Both the position numbers and the translations under genes were made by a program. A stretch of DNA of 55,595 bases, the filler included, from Platydemus manokwari (taxonomy: Eukaryota), in NCBI GenBank assembly GCA_037951405.1. It is 5 parts of 5 records of this genome, joined end to end, with 100 filler letters (N's around TTAATTAATTAA, not from the genome) between each part and the next. Parts side by side here need not be neighbours in the genome. Positions count along the whole stretch, not along the records: positions 46,174 to 55,595 come from JBBMOY011251318.1; 4 more parts are not named here. The stretch is one strand, 5' to 3'. Below the pieces are notes generated by a model. The model ran no database searches. It had not been told where the DNA came from and worked only from the letters and a program-made list of their open reading frames with translations. Positions 53,101-55,595 of the stretch are shown here, in pieces. Within the stretch, counting starts at the first letter, position 1; each line of letters starts with the position of its first letter.

Positions 53101-53233
53101 GATCAAAATCGATCCATCCAAAGCAGTGAAAAGGGTACAAGTGATATCAGTAATACCTACATCCGGTAATCCGAATATCAAAACTATCAGACTCGTACAT
53201 AACAACAAACCACCGTCAGATACCGATTCTTAG
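50140..53233 (+). CDS. cbp: CBP/p300-family (KAT3) histone acetyltransferase, compact paralog (~990 aa)
   Basis: Exons 50140-50466, 50511-50668, 50711-50782 and 50818-53233 join in frame (2973 nt). Bromodomain (GIPDYYKVITNP...DFWLMFNN.LYFNRK), RING (LGFCC...C...CSKCF), PHD (CSQCERDWHTVC...FICPSC), HAT (FFGLHVQE, YLDSV.YFEP, HLWVCPP..GNDYIFH.HP..QK.PK..RL..WY, YFDGDFWP, EFSTLRR), ZZ (CNNC...YYCKRC.DYDLC..C...HEH), TAZ2 and NCBD-like 'KKNPHLNEAY'. Confidence 0.95.
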
Positions 53234-55384
53234 ATTTATTTTCAGATTTTCTTTTGATAACTTTGACTAATCTCGTTATTGTTTTTCTTTGCCATAATTG
53301 GAATGACGATAATATATTTATTTTTGATTATGTTATTTATGATATACTCCATTAAAATGAAAATAATTCTTCAATTTGTTTTACACCGTGCTCATTGCTT
53401 CTGGTGTTTTCAATTGGATTTATTCTTGCCACGAGACATCTAAAAGCTGGTAGAAAATTATGTAAATCGATTGGAAGCTGGTAAAGTTGAGGCGGAATAA
53501 AAGATAAAGTCTAACAACGGCAGTTTAATGAGCTTTATAGTTCAATTGGAAAATGAATATGAAGAATGACGCGGATATCATAAAGCCCAAATATTGACAA
53601 ATTAATTCGAATAACTAGCTATAAAAGTTGTACATAATATTATAAATAAATAAATTTTATTAATACTACAATCTTATCTCCAAATCTTTTCGTCAAAAAG
53701 ACATTAAAAAATAATTAGTTACTGTTACATCAACCGTGTTATTGTTTTGTAGTTATTAGTGCTACTTAATATTGAAAGTAGTATTTAAAAATCTATTTAA
53801 TAAAATTAAAAATTTATTCTTTTTGGGAGCATAAAATATAATAAGTCTGAAGAAGAGATAAATTCGTCAAAATTTTCAAATCTCAACGAGCTGTGTTTAA
53901 AATATTTTTTGCGTTTTTAAGGAAACGATTGAGCAATAAGTGATTAGGTCACAATCAGTAAAATTATATAATAAGGTTATTTTATTATTTGAGGGATTGA
54001 TCTTTTCTGTGTCTATGTTGAGCTTTATTTCTTATTATTAGACAATACAGTATTTTATTGACGATTATTCTCATCATTCGGTTAATTATCTTTATTTTGA
54101 AGCAAATACTGTTTTTTATGAATTATTTTTAAATATCTTTTTGGTTTATAAAATGTTTTCACTCGTTTCTACAACGTTATACGATTGTTAATATTATTAG
54201 TGTTATGGAGAGTATAATGAGATAATATTTTAATGACTATAATAAATGTATTGAGAGTAAATAACATAGATCTATATCATATATCCATTAAAATACATTC
54301 AAGTCGACTATATTTCTAATCTACATATAAATCATATTGATAAGTACGTAATCCTATCGACTATGCATTTCTTGACATCACACAAAAACTAAGCCGGATT
54401 CCTTAATTTGATTGTAAATCTTTTCGATAGCGCAAATATAAGCTGCAGTTCGAATGTCAAGACCGAGATTGTATTTTTTCGCTACTTGTTTGATATTCTA
54501 AAATTGTAAGACGAAATTCCTATTTCATAAATTGTAATAAATATTCATGTACATATCATTATTAGATTCAAATAATCCTTTATTTTAGTTTTCATATTTT
54601 AATCTATTTTTCAACCATAATGGCCCCTGAGACGTTTCATAAATTGTCATTGATCAGAAACCTTGATCAACAATTTTCCATTTATCTTGAAATCAATACG
54701 AGTGTATTTAAGATTAAAATGGGAATGATTGATTAAAGTAAGCGATACGGATGGGCTTTGTAATTGATTTTCACTTGTTATACTTGTGGGGATCTTTTTA
54801 TGACGAAATCTACCACTGAAACCAGGATTTTTATGAAATGAAGATTTAATATTGAAATTTATGAGGAAACGGTTTCAGATTAAGCAGGAGATTATGTTGT
54901 TAAAACCATTAATCATGAAAAATTTGAAAGTTAATTCCTGAAATTCGATTAAACGACAACAAATTCTTGTAGAGGATTTTGATTTCAGTGAATAATTACC
55001 AATATGCATAATGATTATAAGGTTTTCTTTCATCATGATTTTATAGCTAGATTATATGAATGGTTATGTTTCGCTAATGAGTTGGCAAAAATAAAGTATT
55101 TGCTAATTATTACATTGTTAGAAATAAATTGTTTCCCAGCTGGGTATGAATGTCGATATAATGACTTAGATTTTCAAATAAAATTTAATAGAATCAGTTT
55201 GTAGAGTTTTGATTAATCTCATATTTACAAGCTATGATTATTTTAATAATATATTCAACAATAATGACTTATAGTATTAAAGCAGAAATTATAATTAATT
55301 GTTTCATTTTTGGTTTTCGAAAAATCTATCAATTTTTAAACATTTATGTAACAGAAATATGCGAATTACATTATTAATTTATTT

Positions 55385-55470
55385 GGCTTAATTTAAGAAA
55401 ATAGGACCTTTGACCTGCTTTCGTTATAATAAATTTTCGCGCATGAGATAATTTTATAACTTATATATAA
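55385..55470. mobile_element. Second Merlin-family terminus (TIR), probably running off the window
   Basis: GGCTTAATTTAAGAAAATAGGACCTTTGACC resembles the 35037 terminus GGCTTAAGTTAAGAAAAAGGGTCCTTTGATCC. Confidence 0.6.
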
Positions 55471-55595
55471 TTGCTATGTTTGATTTATTCGTATAATTCA
55501 GTTAATATCTCATTTTCAAAATGTATAATAGTGATAAAACTAGTTTTAAAACCAAGCTCTTATTCTAATCAAAACACTTCTATATGATTATTTGA

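Noticed and set aside
54635-54665. Hammerhead-like minus-strand CTGATCA...GAAACGTC (similar partial cores near 46797 and 53847)
   Set aside because: Core nucleotides and stems are incomplete, so a ribozyme cannot be supported.

Overview
This is very AT-rich eukaryotic (metazoan) genomic DNA with very short GT-AG introns (35-52 nt). It has five assembly gaps, four of them carrying an artificial TTAATTAATTAA spacer. Gene content and intron style suggest a flatworm such as a triclad planarian, but that is inference. I could reconstruct three multi-exon + strand genes by hand. (1) A PPIG/moca-type SR-cyclophilin (438-5471), whose one ~490-nt intron holds a candidate 21-nt microexon and a candidate PTC-bearing poison exon. 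(2) A >=2,090-aa titin/obscurin-like protein (~16194-26819+) with about 12 Ig domains followed by 6 Fn3 domains, a 3.57-kb giant exon, a duplicated atypical Ig pair, and a candidate stop-containing cassette exon at the Ig/Fn3 boundary. (3) A compact ~990-aa CBP/p300 paralog (50140-53233) with Bromo-RING-PHD-HAT-ZZ-TAZ2 and an NCBD-like segment, with no TAZ1 or KIX visible. The intergenic DNA holds decayed elements: two head-to-tail RLE-type (R2/NeSL/R5-like) non-LTR retrotransposons sharing a 3' stem-loop, a TIR-bounded Merlin (IS1016/IS1595-like) transposon plus a second Merlin end, mariner, GIY-YIG and possible Gypsy-gag fragments, two probable GPCR pseudogenes, and several tandem or dispersed repeats. 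I found no CRISPR array, rRNA or tRNA, and no clearly new biological system. The best leads are the splicing-regulation candidates, the minimal CBP and the retroelement pair.
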